Assembly: GCA_035295425.1 (NCBI GenBank)
Contig: DATGJB010000147.1
Location: 778-64,777 of the forward strand
Reading direction: 5' to 3'
Length of the DNA stretch: 64,000 nt
Source of the DNA: Chloroflexota bacterium
GTDB lineage: Bacteria > Chloroflexota > UBA5177
The notes below the pieces were generated by a model that was not told the DNA's origin, made no database searches, and saw only the letters and a list, made by a program, of their open reading frames with translations. Of the stretch, positions 45,710-55,723 are shown in pieces. A program made the translations under genes and the position numbers. The number at the start of each line of letters is the position of its first letter. The first letter of the stretch is position 1.

Positions 45710-46426
45710 CTAGCGAACCGCCGCCTTCTTCTCCTGCTCCTTGAGCTTGTACCCGACCCCCCAGACCGTTTCGATGAAGCGCGGATTGGAGGAATCGTCG
45801 TTGAGCTTCGAGCGCAGACGCCGGACGTGCACGTCAATCGTGCCGCTATCGCCGTAGAAGTCGTAGCCCCAGACATCCTGGAGAAGTCTCTCCCGCGTGA
45901 ACACCACACCGGGCCGGCGTGCCAGCTCGACCAGCAGATCATACTCCTTGGCCCGCAGCGTGATGACGTCACCATTGAGCCGGACTTCCCGCTTTGCCGG
46001 GTCTATCGTCAGCTCCCCGAAGTCGAGTACCTCGTCGCCCGCCTCGGGCGCCGGGGCCGCCTTGACACGGCGCAGAATGGCCTTTACCCGCGCCACCAGC
46101 TCGCGCGGCACAAACGGCTTCGTAACGTAATCGTCGGCTCCGATCTCCAGCCCCACGATCTTGTCCTCATCGCCCTCGCGTGCCGTCAGCATGATGATCG
46201 GCACATCACTCGTCCGCCGGATCTCCCGACAGACTTCCCAGCCGTCGATGTCCGGCAGCATGATGTCCAGGACCACCAGGGCGGTGGTCCCCCGCGCGAC
46301 CAGATCGAGTGCCTCCGCGCCGGTTCGGGCGCTCTTGGTTTGAAACCCCTCGCGTTCGAGGTACATCGAAATGAGGCGGACGATTCCCGGCTCGTCGTCG
46401 ACGATCAGGATTTCCCCCTTGGTCAC
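45710..46426 (-). CDS. OmpR/PhoB family response regulator
   Basis: LIVDDE, LDIMLP, GADDYVTKPF and IETVWGVGY motifs. AAAGGGAG RBS before the GTG. Confidence 0.94.
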   Translation of the reverse strand: MTKGEILIVDDEPGIVRLISMYLEREGFQTKSARTGAEALDLVARGTTALVVLDIMLPDIDGWEVCREIRRTSDVPIIMLTAREGDEDKIVGLEIGADDYVTKPFVPRELVARVKAILRRVKAAPAPEAGDEVLDFGELTIDPAKREVRLNGDVITLRAKEYDLLVELARRPGVVFTRERLLQDVWGYDFYGDSGTIDVHVRRLRSKLNDDSSNPRFIETVWGVGYKLKEQEKKAAVR

Positions 46427-46608
46427 GTCGCTCCCTTTCACTTGACTGGCGACTCTACCGACTTACGAGCATTCTAGCGATGCCCGGCAGTACGGTATAG
46501 ATCGCTACGGGCTGCTGCGGGCATTTGTAACGGAAAGTTAAGCTCGCGGTAGCGTCTACCCGGTGACAACAGCAGAATCCCGCTTTACACTAAGGGCAGG
46601 TAAAGACT

Positions 46609-47274
46609 GTGAGACCATCCATTCCTATTGTTACTCAATCGTGGCGTCGACGAGCGGCGGCGCTGCTGATCGCGTCTGGCCTGGCGCTCTCCGGCATCCT
46701 GCCGGCCGCGGCACAACAGAACGGCACGCAGCCGACCACTGGCGTCTACCCTGCGCGTACCGATCCGTTCGGCGAGATCGTATCGCTGGACGGACCACCC
46801 GCTTCTCCTACCGGCCTCACGCTGCAGCTCGGCACGCTGACCTTCCCGGTCCGCATCTCACCCCGAGCGACCATAACTGCCAAGAGTGCGGAGGCCGAGG
46901 TCGAAGGATTGCTGCCCGGGGACTATGCGGTCATCCACGATCATCGCATCAGGGGCCAGTGGGTAGCCTTCCATATCGCGTACGACGTCGTCCCCATGCC
47001 CCCGCTCCGCGTGCTGACCGGCAGCGTGCTGCGTCTCACGCCGAACGGGCGTGTACTCTACCTCAAGCCGGACACCGGTCGAGGTGTCCTGCCGGTACAC
47101 CTCCTGCAACAGACCCGCTTCCTGCAGGATGGAAAGCCGGTGCTTCAACTGCCGGTGGTGTTCACTCGGGGCGAGTCGCTCGAGATCGTGGCGAGAAGGA
47201 CTCTCGGGTTCTGGTACGCGTTTGACGTCAACATCAAATCGCTACTCGAGAACCGACAGACGCAGGATCGCTAG
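46609..47274 (+). CDS. Secreted hypothetical protein with two OB-like repeats (DUF5666-like)
   Basis: Signal peptide ending AAA; two internal beta-rich repeats ending W-x-A-F. Confidence 0.6.
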   Translation: MRPSIPIVTQSWRRRAAALLIASGLALSGILPAAAQQNGTQPTTGVYPARTDPFGEIVSLDGPPASPTGLTLQLGTLTFPVRISPRATITAKSAEAEVEGLLPGDYAVIHDHRIRGQWVAFHIAYDVVPMPPLRVLTGSVLRLTPNGRVLYLKPDTGRGVLPVHLLQQTRFLQDGKPVLQLPVVFTRGESLEIVARRTLGFWYAFDVNIKSLLENRQTQDR

Positions 47275-47516
47275 CTCGCGACCTGGTTCCCGTCACGAAG
47301 CTGCCCGTTCAGAACGCGCCACTTCAAGAAGTGCAGACGCTCCCACTCCACGAGGCTGAAGGTCGGGTCGCCGGTGAGGCGAAACTCACGGCTGCATGGC
47401 TGCGAGCAAAACGGTCCAACCCGGCCGTTCTCCACAACCCGCCAGTACCAATTCTCGCTTGCGTTGTCGATGGGCTCGCCATGTTCAGAGCCGCACCGTA
47501 GGCACTTATAGTCCAT
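47271..47516 (-). CDS. Small Cys-rich (CxxC...FCSxxC) metal-binding protein, 81 aa
   Basis: MDYKCLRCGS...GPFCSQPCSREF, a TRASH/FCS-like motif. AGGGG RBS and TATACT upstream. Confidence 0.65.
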   Translation of the reverse strand: MDYKCLRCGSEHGEPIDNASENWYWRVVENGRVGPFCSQPCSREFRLTGDPTFSLVEWERLHFLKWRVLNGQLRDGNQVAS

Positions 47517-47644
47517 ATCCCCTGCCTGTCGGATGTCGTGCTGGCGATAGTATAAGGGCTGCCGGCCACAAGTCAAGGCGCAAATTAACAGTTGACGAGC
47601 GACGTGTCTATGGTACACTTCCGGTAGCAGGAGCAGGGGTGGGC

Positions 47645-48190
47645 ATGCAGGATGGAGAAACCCTCGAGGTTCGTGCCCTGAAGTCCGACGGTACGGTGTA
47701 CCGCTGGTGGCGTACAACCCTCGAGTCGTGGGATCGGGACGGCGTCGTGACGGTAAACCGCGCTGGCGATCCCGTGCACGGCCCCGGCGGGGGCTGGGCG
47801 ATGAAGCATGCCACCCGGTCCTACTATTGGTTTTCCAGGCCGTACAATCTGGCCGAGGTGTACCAGCCGAGCGGGCGCCTGAAGCAGATCTACATCCATA
47901 TCGCCAGCCCGGCCCGCCTGACAAGCGGTGTCCTCAGCTACACGGACCACGAGCTGGATGTCGTCAAGCGCCCGGGCCAGGCCCTGCTGGTGCGTGACGA
48001 GGACGAGTTTGAGGACGCCTGCGCCCTGTACGGCTATTCCCCCGAGTTCCAGTGCTCGTGCCGCGAGGCGGTCGACGAGGCGGCCCGGGTCGCCACCCGC
48101 TGGCGCTGCGCCGGCCCGCCCCGCACGCGCCGTCCCCGCCCTCGACGCCAGAGTACCCGCCGCGCCACTTGTATCCGCCGCGAAGCCTGA
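47645..48190 (+). CDS. DUF402 (FomD-like) domain protein
   Basis: KSDGTVYRWW, YWFSRPYNL, YIHIASP, TDHELDV and DEDEF motifs. Confidence 0.85.
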   Translation: MQDGETLEVRALKSDGTVYRWWRTTLESWDRDGVVTVNRAGDPVHGPGGGWAMKHATRSYYWFSRPYNLAEVYQPSGRLKQIYIHIASPARLTSGVLSYTDHELDVVKRPGQALLVRDEDEFEDACALYGYSPEFQCSCREAVDEAARVATRWRCAGPPRTRRPRPRRQSTRRATCIRREA

Positions 48191-48251
48191 CCCCTGCTCG
48201 CCCCTGCCGGCCGGACGGGGAAACCACGGCCCGTGGTGGCTGCGTTGCCCC

Positions 48252-49157
48252 TTACCGTTCGTCGCGCTCGGTCCGCACCTCCACGCCCGCCACCGACTCG
48301 AGCACGCGCAACACCGACGTGTAGTCGTCTCGGCCGTAGCCGGCAGCCTGCGCCTCCCCGTACAGCTGCCGCACCAGTGCGGTGACGAACAACGGCGAGC
48401 GGCTCTCCTCTCCCAGCTGGAGCGCCAGGCCCAGATCCTTCACCAGAAGATCGGTCATAAATCCCGGCCGGAAGCTGCCGCTGAACGCCCGCAGCGGAAA
48501 CTGGTTGGCAAGCTGCCAGCTGGCACCGGTGCTCGCGCCGACGACCTGCGTCATGGTCGCCAGGTCGGCGCCCGCCTTGACTCCGAGAACCATCGCCTCG
48601 GCGATGGACGCGGCAATCGCTCCGACCAGGCAGTTATTGACCAGCTTGATGACCTCTCCCGCCCCGGAGGGACCGACGTGGAAGATGTTCTTCCCCATCG
48701 CCTCGAGCACCGGCCGGACCTGGCGATAGGCGCTCTCCTCTCCCCCCACCATGATCGTCAGGCTACCGGCCTGTGCACCCTGCGTCCCACCGCTGACCGG
48801 CGCATCCAGAAACTGGATGCCCTGTTCCAAGCAGCGCGCCGCCATTACCCGGCTGACCGTGGGAGCGATGGTGCTCATGTCGGCGATCACCAGTCCCGCC
48901 CGACCGCCCGCCAGCAGTCCATCCGGGCCGGTCACCAGCCCTTCCACGTCGGCCGAGCTTGTCACCATCAGCACCACGACGTCGCTCTCCCGTGCCATCT
49001 CGGCCGGCGACGACGCGACAGTCGCGCCTTCCGCGACGATCGGCTGCACACTCTCCGGCCGCCGCGCCCACACCACCAGCGGGAAGCCCGCCTTTCTCAC
49101 GTTGCGGGCCATGGGGAGCCCCATGGCCCCCAGCCCGATGAAGCCGACTCGCAGCAT
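48252..49157 (-). CDS. NAD(P)-dependent beta-hydroxyacid dehydrogenase (MmsB/GarR family)
   Basis: GFIGLGAMG, DMSTI, LDAPVSGG and KLVNN motifs. AAGGAGGTG RBS. Confidence 0.93.
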   Translation of the reverse strand: MLRVGFIGLGAMGLPMARNVRKAGFPLVVWARRPESVQPIVAEGATVASSPAEMARESDVVVLMVTSSADVEGLVTGPDGLLAGGRAGLVIADMSTIAPTVSRVMAARCLEQGIQFLDAPVSGGTQGAQAGSLTIMVGGEESAYRQVRPVLEAMGKNIFHVGPSGAGEVIKLVNNCLVGAIAASIAEAMVLGVKAGADLATMTQVVGASTGASWQLANQFPLRAFSGSFRPGFMTDLLVKDLGLALQLGEESRSPLFVTALVRQLYGEAQAAGYGRDDYTSVLRVLESVAGVEVRTERDER

Positions 49158-49256
49158 CGTCACCTCCTTATGGTTGCCCGATAGTTGCCCGCACCCGCGC
49201 CGACAGCCCGAGCATACGCCTTCCGCCACGTTGGTAAACTTTGGCGGAACATACCC

Positions 49257-50708
49257 ATGCTATCCAGCTTTCGTAGCCGCCTGGTCCTCTCGAACCTGAT
49301 CATCACGTTCGTCGGTCTGATGATCGTCGGTCTGGTCTTCACCGGCGTGCTGACGCAGCGCAACGAGAACATCCGCCGCACCGATCTGGCCGCCGATGCC
49401 AGTCTGGTGGCAAGCCAGATCGAACAGCTCTATCGACTCCGGGCTGGCACCCAGGAGCTGAGCGCCGTCGTGAATAATGCCAGCCGCATCTGGCGCGTTA
49501 GAGTCATCCTGCTAACCGCCTCCGGCCAGCCGATCAATCCGCAGGAGTATTCGACCGGAACCTGGATCAAGCCGAATCAGGAAGCGCTGCGCAACGCGGA
49601 AAGCGCGCGGCAGGAGCTGAGCAACGGCCGCGTCCTATTCCAGAGCCCGATCCGAGGCACGGTCCATCCGAACGGCGGGGCGGTCCTGCTGGCCGCGAAC
49701 GTTTCGTCGGTTCGTCCCAGTGTGACCTCGCTGAGCAGCGTCATCCTGATCGTTCTCGGCATGCTCTTCGCCGTCTGGCTGGCGCTCGGTCTTTATTTCA
49801 CCGTGTCCATCTCACAGCCGCTCCTGCGGATCATTGCAGCTACCGAACGCATGGCGCGTGGGGACTACAGCGCCCGGGTCACCGCTAAAGGAGACGGCGA
49901 GATCGCTCGCCTGGGAACGAGCTTCAACGCCATGGCCCAGCAGGTCGGGCAGAGCGCTCAGGTGCTGAAGGACTTCGTCGCCAACGTCTCGCACGACCTG
50001 CGCACCCCGTTGACGATGATCGCCGGATTCTCGCAGGCACTCCTCGACGGTACCGCGAAGCAGACCGAGATCCAGTCGTCGGCGCAGATCATTCACGAGG
50101 AGGCCGCGAAAATGCAGCGCATGGTCGAGGACCTTCTGCAGCTCACGCGGCTGGAATCGGGACTGCAGAAGTTCACACGCGAGCCGGTCGACGTCCGGCT
50201 CTTCGTGCAGAGCCTCGTCGAACGTTTGAACCGGGCGCGCCAGGACACGGCCGCGGCGACGATCGCTAACGACGTGCCGGCAGCGCTGCCCTTTATCGAG
50301 GTCGATCGCAGCTACCTGGAGCGTGCCCTGCGCAACCTGCTCGACAACGCGTTGCAGTACACCCCCACCACCGGCCGCGTGACGGTGGGAGCGACGGCGA
50401 TCGGCAGAGGGTGGGTTGAGATCAGCGTGGCCGACACCGGGGCCGGCATCCCGGCGGCCGATCTACCCCGAATCTTCGAGCGCTTCTATCGCACCTCGCC
50501 CAGCCGCGAGCGCGCCCAGGGACACTCCGGCCTCGGCCTGGCAATTGCCCAGGAGATCGTCGAGGCCCACGGCGGCCACATCACGGTAGAGAGCATCGAG
50601 GGCCGCGGCACCACCTTCCGCTTCACCGTCCCGCAGGTCCGTCGGGACGACCTGGCGCGGAAGCCGGCGGTTTCGCGCGAGCCGCTTCGCCAGCCGGCGG
50701 CGCAATGA
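49257..50708 (+). CDS. HAMP-domain sensor histidine kinase
   Basis: Two TM segments, HAMP, H-box VSHDLRTPL, NLLDNA, DTGAGI, FERFYR, GLGLAI. Confidence 0.93.
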   Translation: MLSSFRSRLVLSNLIITFVGLMIVGLVFTGVLTQRNENIRRTDLAADASLVASQIEQLYRLRAGTQELSAVVNNASRIWRVRVILLTASGQPINPQEYSTGTWIKPNQEALRNAESARQELSNGRVLFQSPIRGTVHPNGGAVLLAANVSSVRPSVTSLSSVILIVLGMLFAVWLALGLYFTVSISQPLLRIIAATERMARGDYSARVTAKGDGEIARLGTSFNAMAQQVGQSAQVLKDFVANVSHDLRTPLTMIAGFSQALLDGTAKQTEIQSSAQIIHEEAAKMQRMVEDLLQLTRLESGLQKFTREPVDVRLFVQSLVERLNRARQDTAAATIANDVPAALPFIEVDRSYLERALRNLLDNALQYTPTTGRVTVGATAIGRGWVEISVADTGAGIPAADLPRIFERFYRTSPSRERAQGHSGLGLAIAQEIVEAHGGHITVESIEGRGTTFRFTVPQVRRDDLARKPAVSREPLRQPAAQ

Positions 50709-51511
50709 GCTTCGACCGCGTCGCCGACATCTACGACACCACGCGGGCGATGCCGGAGGACGTGGTCGAGCGGATCGCGGACCGCATCGTGGCTGCCACC
50801 GCCGCAACCGCCGACACACGCTTCCTGGAGCTGGGGATCGGTACCGGCCGGATCGCCCTGCCCCTCATACGGCGCGGCTTCTCGTACACCGGGGTCGACA
50901 TCTCGGAGCGGATGACTGCCCGCCTGCTCCAGAAAATTCAGGCGACAGGGAAGACGGTCGAGCTGGTACACGCAGATATCACGGATCTGCCGTTTGACGA
51001 TGGTAGCTTCGACGTCGTGGTTGTCGTGCACGTGCTGCACCTGGTTCCGGAGTGGCGGCGGGTGCTGGACGAGGTCCGGCGCGTGCTCGCTCCGTCAGGG
51101 CTCTTCGTGTTGGGGAGCGAGAAGGGGGCGCAGGGCGAGCGAGAGAGCGCTGGATCCGCCATTCGGCGCCACTGGCAGCAGCTCGTCACCGAGCTGGGCG
51201 CGACGCTCCGGCCCGACTACGGCACCTGGGCGAACGTCGAGCGAGCGCTCGTCGACATGGGATGCCGGATGGCGGTCTACCGCCCGGCCCGCTGGAACGA
51301 GGAGCTGCGGCCGATCGACCTGCTGGAGGAGCAGCGCAATCGCACCTTCTCGATGAGCTGGACCGTCCCCGACGACGTCTTGCTGGCTGCCCACACCCGG
51401 ATGGTCGAGTGGGTACGCGAAACTTACGGCGACCCCGGGAAGGTGCTAACCGACGTCGAGGAGTTCATGCTGCTCGTCAGCCGGTTCCCGGACGGCGCGG
51501 CGGCGGGGTGA
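50705..51511 (+). CDS. Class I SAM-dependent methyltransferase
   Basis: FDRVADIYD, LELGIGTGR and LPFDDGSFDVV motifs. ATGA overlap with the kinase. Confidence 0.9.
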   Translation: MSFDRVADIYDTTRAMPEDVVERIADRIVAATAATADTRFLELGIGTGRIALPLIRRGFSYTGVDISERMTARLLQKIQATGKTVELVHADITDLPFDDGSFDVVVVVHVLHLVPEWRRVLDEVRRVLAPSGLFVLGSEKGAQGERESAGSAIRRHWQQLVTELGATLRPDYGTWANVERALVDMGCRMAVYRPARWNEELRPIDLLEEQRNRTFSMSWTVPDDVLLAAHTRMVEWVRETYGDPGKVLTDVEEFMLLVSRFPDGAAAG

Positions 51512-51518
51512 GTGCCGG

Positions 51519-51547
51519 TTGTCTCAATCGGTGCTGCTTCCTATACT
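51519..51547 (+). promoter_or_regulatory. Sigma70 promoter of the tRNA-Leu pair (TTGTCT-17-TATACT)
   Basis: -35 at 51519-51524, -10 at 51542-51547. Confidence 0.65.
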
Positions 51548-51601
51548 TGTGTGTACCGCACCAGAGACTCGCCCCGGGTTTTGACGGGCACGGCTCGACG
51601 A

Positions 51602-51688
51602 GCCGAGATGGCGGAATCGGTAGACGCGCCGGTCTCAAAAACCGGTGGCCGCGAGGCCGTGAGGGTTCGAGTCCCTCTCTCGGTACCA
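51602..51688 (+). tRNA. tRNA-Leu(CAA)
   Basis: Anticodon arm CCGGT-CTCAAAA-ACCGG, long variable arm, GGTTCGAGTCC, ends ACCA. Confidence 0.96.
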
Positions 51689-51706
51689 CAACTGAAGACG
51701 GTGCAT

Positions 51707-51793
51707 GCGGTCGTGGCGGAATCGGCAGACGCGCATGGTTCAGGACCATGTGGGGTAACACCCGTGGAGGTTCAAGTCCTCTCGACCGCACCA
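51707..51793 (+). tRNA. tRNA-Leu(CAG)
   Basis: Anticodon arm CATGG-TTCAGGA-CCATG, long variable arm, GGTTCAAGTCC, ends ACCA. Confidence 0.96.
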
Positions 51794-51858
51794 GATCTTG
51801 AATCCCGCGGGCAGTAGTACTTGCTGCTCGCGGTTTCCATTTTCCAGGGTAGATGTCT

Positions 51859-52365
51859 CTACCGCCGCAGCCCGGACGCGATGGCAGCCAGGCCGAAGGC
51901 AATACCATCCTCGACAATGGCAACGGCAAGCGGTGGAAACCGTCTGGCCGCGCCGACCCGAACATCGTGGCCGAGCTTCGCGCCGGCGAGAGCCGCGCTG
52001 CTCGCGACCAGCATCGCCGGCAAGGCGGGCCGGCGTGCGCCGCGGGCCAGCACTGCCCCTGCCGAAGCCGCTACCACAGCGCGAATCGTGAGCCAGGGGA
52101 TCTCCAGACGGGATCCGGTAGCGGGAAGCTTGTCGACGATGAGCTCGAATGCGACTGCGCCGCCTGCCAGGGTTCGCACCTTCAGTCGCCTCAGCTGTAC
52201 AGGCAGGCCCGGTACTCCGCTGATGATCAGCACCCCCGCCACCGAGAAGGAACGCAGCCCGGTGGCCACGCCGGCCAGCGCCGCACGGCCCAGGTAGCCG
52301 TTCGCATTCCCATGTGGGCTCCCGCCCGAGCCTCCACCCGCCGCCGGATTCGTGCCGCCCGTCAT
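51859..52365 (-). CDS. Membrane protein (DUF4126-like)
   Basis: GVATGLRS, ELIVDKLP and AIVEDGIA motifs. GGAG RBS. Confidence 0.7.
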   Translation of the reverse strand: MTGGTNPAAGGGSGGSPHGNANGYLGRAALAGVATGLRSFSVAGVLIISGVPGLPVQLRRLKVRTLAGGAVAFELIVDKLPATGSRLEIPWLTIRAVVAASAGAVLARGARRPALPAMLVASSAALAGAKLGHDVRVGAARRFPPLAVAIVEDGIAFGLAAIASGLRR

Positions 52366-52432
52366 TCGCTCCTTCCACCTCCGGCCCGGGGCCGCGCGCG
52401 TTCGAGATACAGCCCGGCGGTGTCGACTGCGG

Positions 52433-53215
52433 TCATCTGTGGGCCAGCCTCAGGCTCTCCCAACCCGCATCAGCAGTCCAGGCGCCGTCCACGACAAGCG
52501 TTTGACCATTGACGAACCCGCTCTGCCCGGGATCAGCCAGAAAGGCGACGGCCCGGGCAATGTCCTCCGGCGCGGCGAATCGGCCCATCGGCACGCGATT
52601 GGTGATGTCGGCGTCCGTGTACCCGCTGCGCGCCTGGTCCCGTACGTCCATCTCCGTCTTCACCCAGCCGGGACAGACGGCGTTGACCCGCACACCGCAT
52701 CCGCCCCACTCCACAGCCAGGGTTCGAGTCATCCCGATCAAGCCATGCTTGGAGACGTTGTACGCCAGCCGGTCGGCAATGCCGAACAGCCCGGCGATCG
52801 ATGCGACATTGACGATGCTGCCTTGCCTCCGGTCGAGCATGCCGCGGCCCGCCTCTCGGCACAGCAGGAATGGCCCGGTAAGATTAACGTCAAGCACGTG
52901 CTGCCAGTCCTCCAGGGTGGTCTCCTCAGCCGGGCGCTGGAAGCTCACGCCCGCGTTGTTCACGAGCACGTCGATCCGCCCGCACTCGGCGAGGACGCGA
53001 GCCACCATGGAAACAGCGGCTCCCTCGTCCGACACATCGCCGGCGAGCGTGAAACCGGCGGCGCCGTTCTCCTCGAGCAGCCGGAGCGTGTCGTGCGCGG
53101 GCGCGAGATCGTTGAGACCGACGGTATACCCGCGCCGGCCCAATTCCAGGGCAATGCTCCTCCCGATGCCCTGCGCAGCGCCCGTGACGAGGGCAACGAT
53201 CGTATCGTTGGCCAC
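52433..53215 (-). CDS. SDR family oxidoreductase
   Basis: TGAAQGIG, NNAG, YNVSK, VNAVCPG and VDG motifs. Start uncertain (GTG 6 nt after TACCAT). Confidence 0.9.
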   Translation of the reverse strand: MANDTIVALVTGAAQGIGRSIALELGRRGYTVGLNDLAPAHDTLRLLEENGAAGFTLAGDVSDEGAAVSMVARVLAECGRIDVLVNNAGVSFQRPAEETTLEDWQHVLDVNLTGPFLLCREAGRGMLDRRQGSIVNVASIAGLFGIADRLAYNVSKHGLIGMTRTLAVEWGGCGVRVNAVCPGWVKTEMDVRDQARSGYTDADITNRVPMGRFAAPEDIARAVAFLADPGQSGFVNGQTLVVDGAWTADAGWESLRLAHR

Positions 53216-53304
53216 AGCCTCATGGTACGACAGGCAGGAAATCACAGGGGTGCGGCTCCGCTCCTTCCCCGATCCTCAGCACCGCGAGCGGTTCTCGTTC
53301 GAGC

Positions 53305-54141
53305 CTATGGGCGCTCGGCAGCTGCCACGCGGTAGCGGGCGGCCGGCAGGCCGCTGCCGGAGGAGCGGTCACGGATCATCCCCTCGACCTCGGCGAGGCG
53401 GTCCAGAAGGCCCGGATCGTCGAGGGTGGGCACGCACACGACCTCTCCCAACTCCAGACCGGCCAGCGAGCAGGCGACCTGATCCTCGGCCGACATCACC
53501 ACCTCATCCGGGATGCCCCAGTCCTGGAAGCTGATGCCGTGGCGATCCAGAATCTCAGAGGTGACGAATCCCGGGCACAGCGCCTGAACCCGCACGCCCC
53601 GCGGCCCGGCCAGCCGGTGGAGCGCGCGGGTAAAGGTATTGACGTACGCCTTGGTCGCCGCGTACGTCACCATCACCGGCGCGGGGTAGGTCACGAACAC
53701 GCCGTCTGACGAGACGTTGATGATTGTGCCCTTGCCGCGTGCCATCATGCCGGGCAGCACCGCGTGCGTGAGGCGGGTCAGCGCCAGCACGTGGACCCGG
53801 ATCATCTCCTCGACGGCGGCAACGTCGAGCTCGTCGAACGGTGCCAGGTGGGTGAAACCGGCATTATTGACCAGAACATCGACCGGACGATCGCGCGCCA
53901 GGAGATCTTCCAGGCGGTGGAGATCGCCGTCCCGCGACAGATCGGCGATGACGACCTCGACCTCGGTGCCGTATCGCGTGCGCAGGTCGGCGGCGAGCGA
54001 CTCGAGCTGCTCGCGCCGGCGGCCGTGGGCGACGACGTGGCAGCCGTCGCGGGCCAGACGGCGCGCGAACGCTTCCCCGATGCCGGAGGTCGCGCCGGTG
54101 ACGACCGCCCGCCGGGCTCCGCCACCTCCGACCTGAGCCAT
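53305..54141 (-). CDS. SDR family oxidoreductase (DltE-like)
   Basis: TGATSGIG, NNAG, YAATK and ALCPG motifs. GAGGAG RBS. Confidence 0.9.
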   Translation of the reverse strand: MAQVGGGGARRAVVTGATSGIGEAFARRLARDGCHVVAHGRRREQLESLAADLRTRYGTEVEVVIADLSRDGDLHRLEDLLARDRPVDVLVNNAGFTHLAPFDELDVAAVEEMIRVHVLALTRLTHAVLPGMMARGKGTIINVSSDGVFVTYPAPVMVTYAATKAYVNTFTRALHRLAGPRGVRVQALCPGFVTSEILDRHGISFQDWGIPDEVVMSAEDQVACSLAGLELGEVVCVPTLDDPGLLDRLAEVEGMIRDRSSGSGLPAARYRVAAAERP

Positions 54142-54360
54142 CGTCTCCTCGTTTCGGTCTGGGGTTCCGTCCCGGCCTGAGCTCGGGCACCTCCTATATA
54201 TCACAGTGCCGGCAAGGGCTTGCTGCCAATCAGGATGGGTTCAGCCGCCACCGCTGTGCTCGACGCGTCACGAAGGAGCGGCACGGCGCACCGGCAAAGT
54301 TCTCATTCGCCGGGCGGATCAAGACAATCGTCCGCTCCATTGCGCTGGCGGTGTGGTCGC

Positions 54361-54783
54361 TCACTCTCTCTGCGGTGACGATCTCTGTGACGCCGGCTCG
54401 GGCGACGTCCCGCGAATAGCGGCCAGGAGGTGCTCGGGCGAGCCGCCCTTCTCGACGAAGCCGGCCGCGCCCAGCGCCAGTGCCGCTTCCCTTACGCTGC
54501 TCTGCCAGCAGGTGGCGATACACGGCCGCCGGTGGGCAGCCAGCAGCTGAACCGTCGCCAGGCCGTCAGGCAGCGTGGGGAGCATCAGGTCGAGCAAGAC
54601 GACAGAGGGATGGAGGGCCGCGGCGCGCCGTACCGCGCCGGTGTCGGAATCCGATTCGCCGATGACCACGATATCCGGCTGGGTCTCCAGCAGAGCCCGC
54701 AGGCCCCGCCGCACCCGCGGATCGCGATCGACGATCAGAACGCGAAGCGTCTTGTTCGATACCGGGTCACTACCGTCCATCAC
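54361..54783 (-). CDS. Stand-alone receiver-domain protein
   Basis: LRVLIVDRD, VVLLDLMLP and GAAGFVEK motifs; no output domain. Confidence 0.75.
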   Translation of the reverse strand: MMDGSDPVSNKTLRVLIVDRDPRVRRGLRALLETQPDIVVIGESDSDTGAVRRAAALHPSVVLLDLMLPTLPDGLATVQLLAAHRRPCIATCWQSSVREAALALGAAGFVEKGGSPEHLLAAIRGTSPEPASQRSSPQRE

Positions 54784-55033
54784 CCGGTCTCAGACGATCC
54801 GGCCGTGGATGGGATGGGCGTGCGAGCCGTGAGGTGCGTGAGCTCGAGTCGAGCGTTGTGTGGGCTGCATCTGTAGCTCCGGGGAGTGATCTCTCACCCC
54901 AATTAGGCCACGGCGGGACCCGCGCTCGCCTCGGATACCTGTCACAGCGCGCAGCAAGACATTGCGCCGCTTGCGTCCGGCGGAATGACGTACGATCCGG
55001 CGAGCGGCGAGTGAGGACCCCGGCGCTCGGGAA

Positions 55034-55723
55034 TCACAGAGTGCCGGGCTCGGGCGGGGTGGGTACCAATCCTTCGCGGATGGCATAGAGGGCGGCCTGG
55101 GTGCGGGAAGCCAATCCAAGCTTCCCCAGAATGCTGCTGACATGCGTGCGCACGGTGCGCTCGCTGATCCGCAGCTGCCGTGCGATCTCTTTGTTGGCCT
55201 TACCCGCGGCGACCTGGCCCAGCACCTCGCGCTCTCGCTCGGTCAGCGGCTCGATCGGTTCTTCACGCTTCGGCGCCCGCAAGGACTCGGCAAGCCGCCG
55301 GGCCACCGCCGGATCGAGGTGCATCTCGCCGTGGTACGCGGCGCGGATGGCGGCTGCTACTTCGCTTGCCGCGGCATCCTTGAGGAGGTAGCCGGTAGCG
55401 CCAGCCTGGAGCGCGCCGTGGATCTTGTCCTCTTCGATGAAGCTGGTGAGCGCGACCACCTCGATCTCGGGCCAGCGCTCCTTGATGGCTGCCGTGGCGG
55501 CGATGCCATCCAGCTCCGGCATCAGCAGATCCATCAGGACCACGTCCGGAGGCATCCCCTCCCCGTGCAACCGATCGATGGTTTCCAGTGCTTCGCGGCC
55601 GTTGGCGGCCTGGTCGAGCATCGCGATATCGTCCAGCATCTCGAGATAGGCCTCGATGCCACGCCGCACCACCGCGTGGTCGTCCACCAGCAGGACCTGG
55701 ATCGGCGTCTCCTCCGCGGTCAT
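55034..55723 (-). CDS. NarL/LuxR family response regulator
   Basis: LLVDDHAVVR, MDLLMP, GYLLK, LTEREREVL and HVSSILGKL motifs. Confidence 0.94.
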   Translation of the reverse strand: MTAEETPIQVLLVDDHAVVRRGIEAYLEMLDDIAMLDQAANGREALETIDRLHGEGMPPDVVLMDLLMPELDGIAATAAIKERWPEIEVVALTSFIEEDKIHGALQAGATGYLLKDAAASEVAAAIRAAYHGEMHLDPAVARRLAESLRAPKREEPIEPLTEREREVLGQVAAGKANKEIARQLRISERTVRTHVSSILGKLGLASRTQAALYAIREGLVPTPPEPGTL

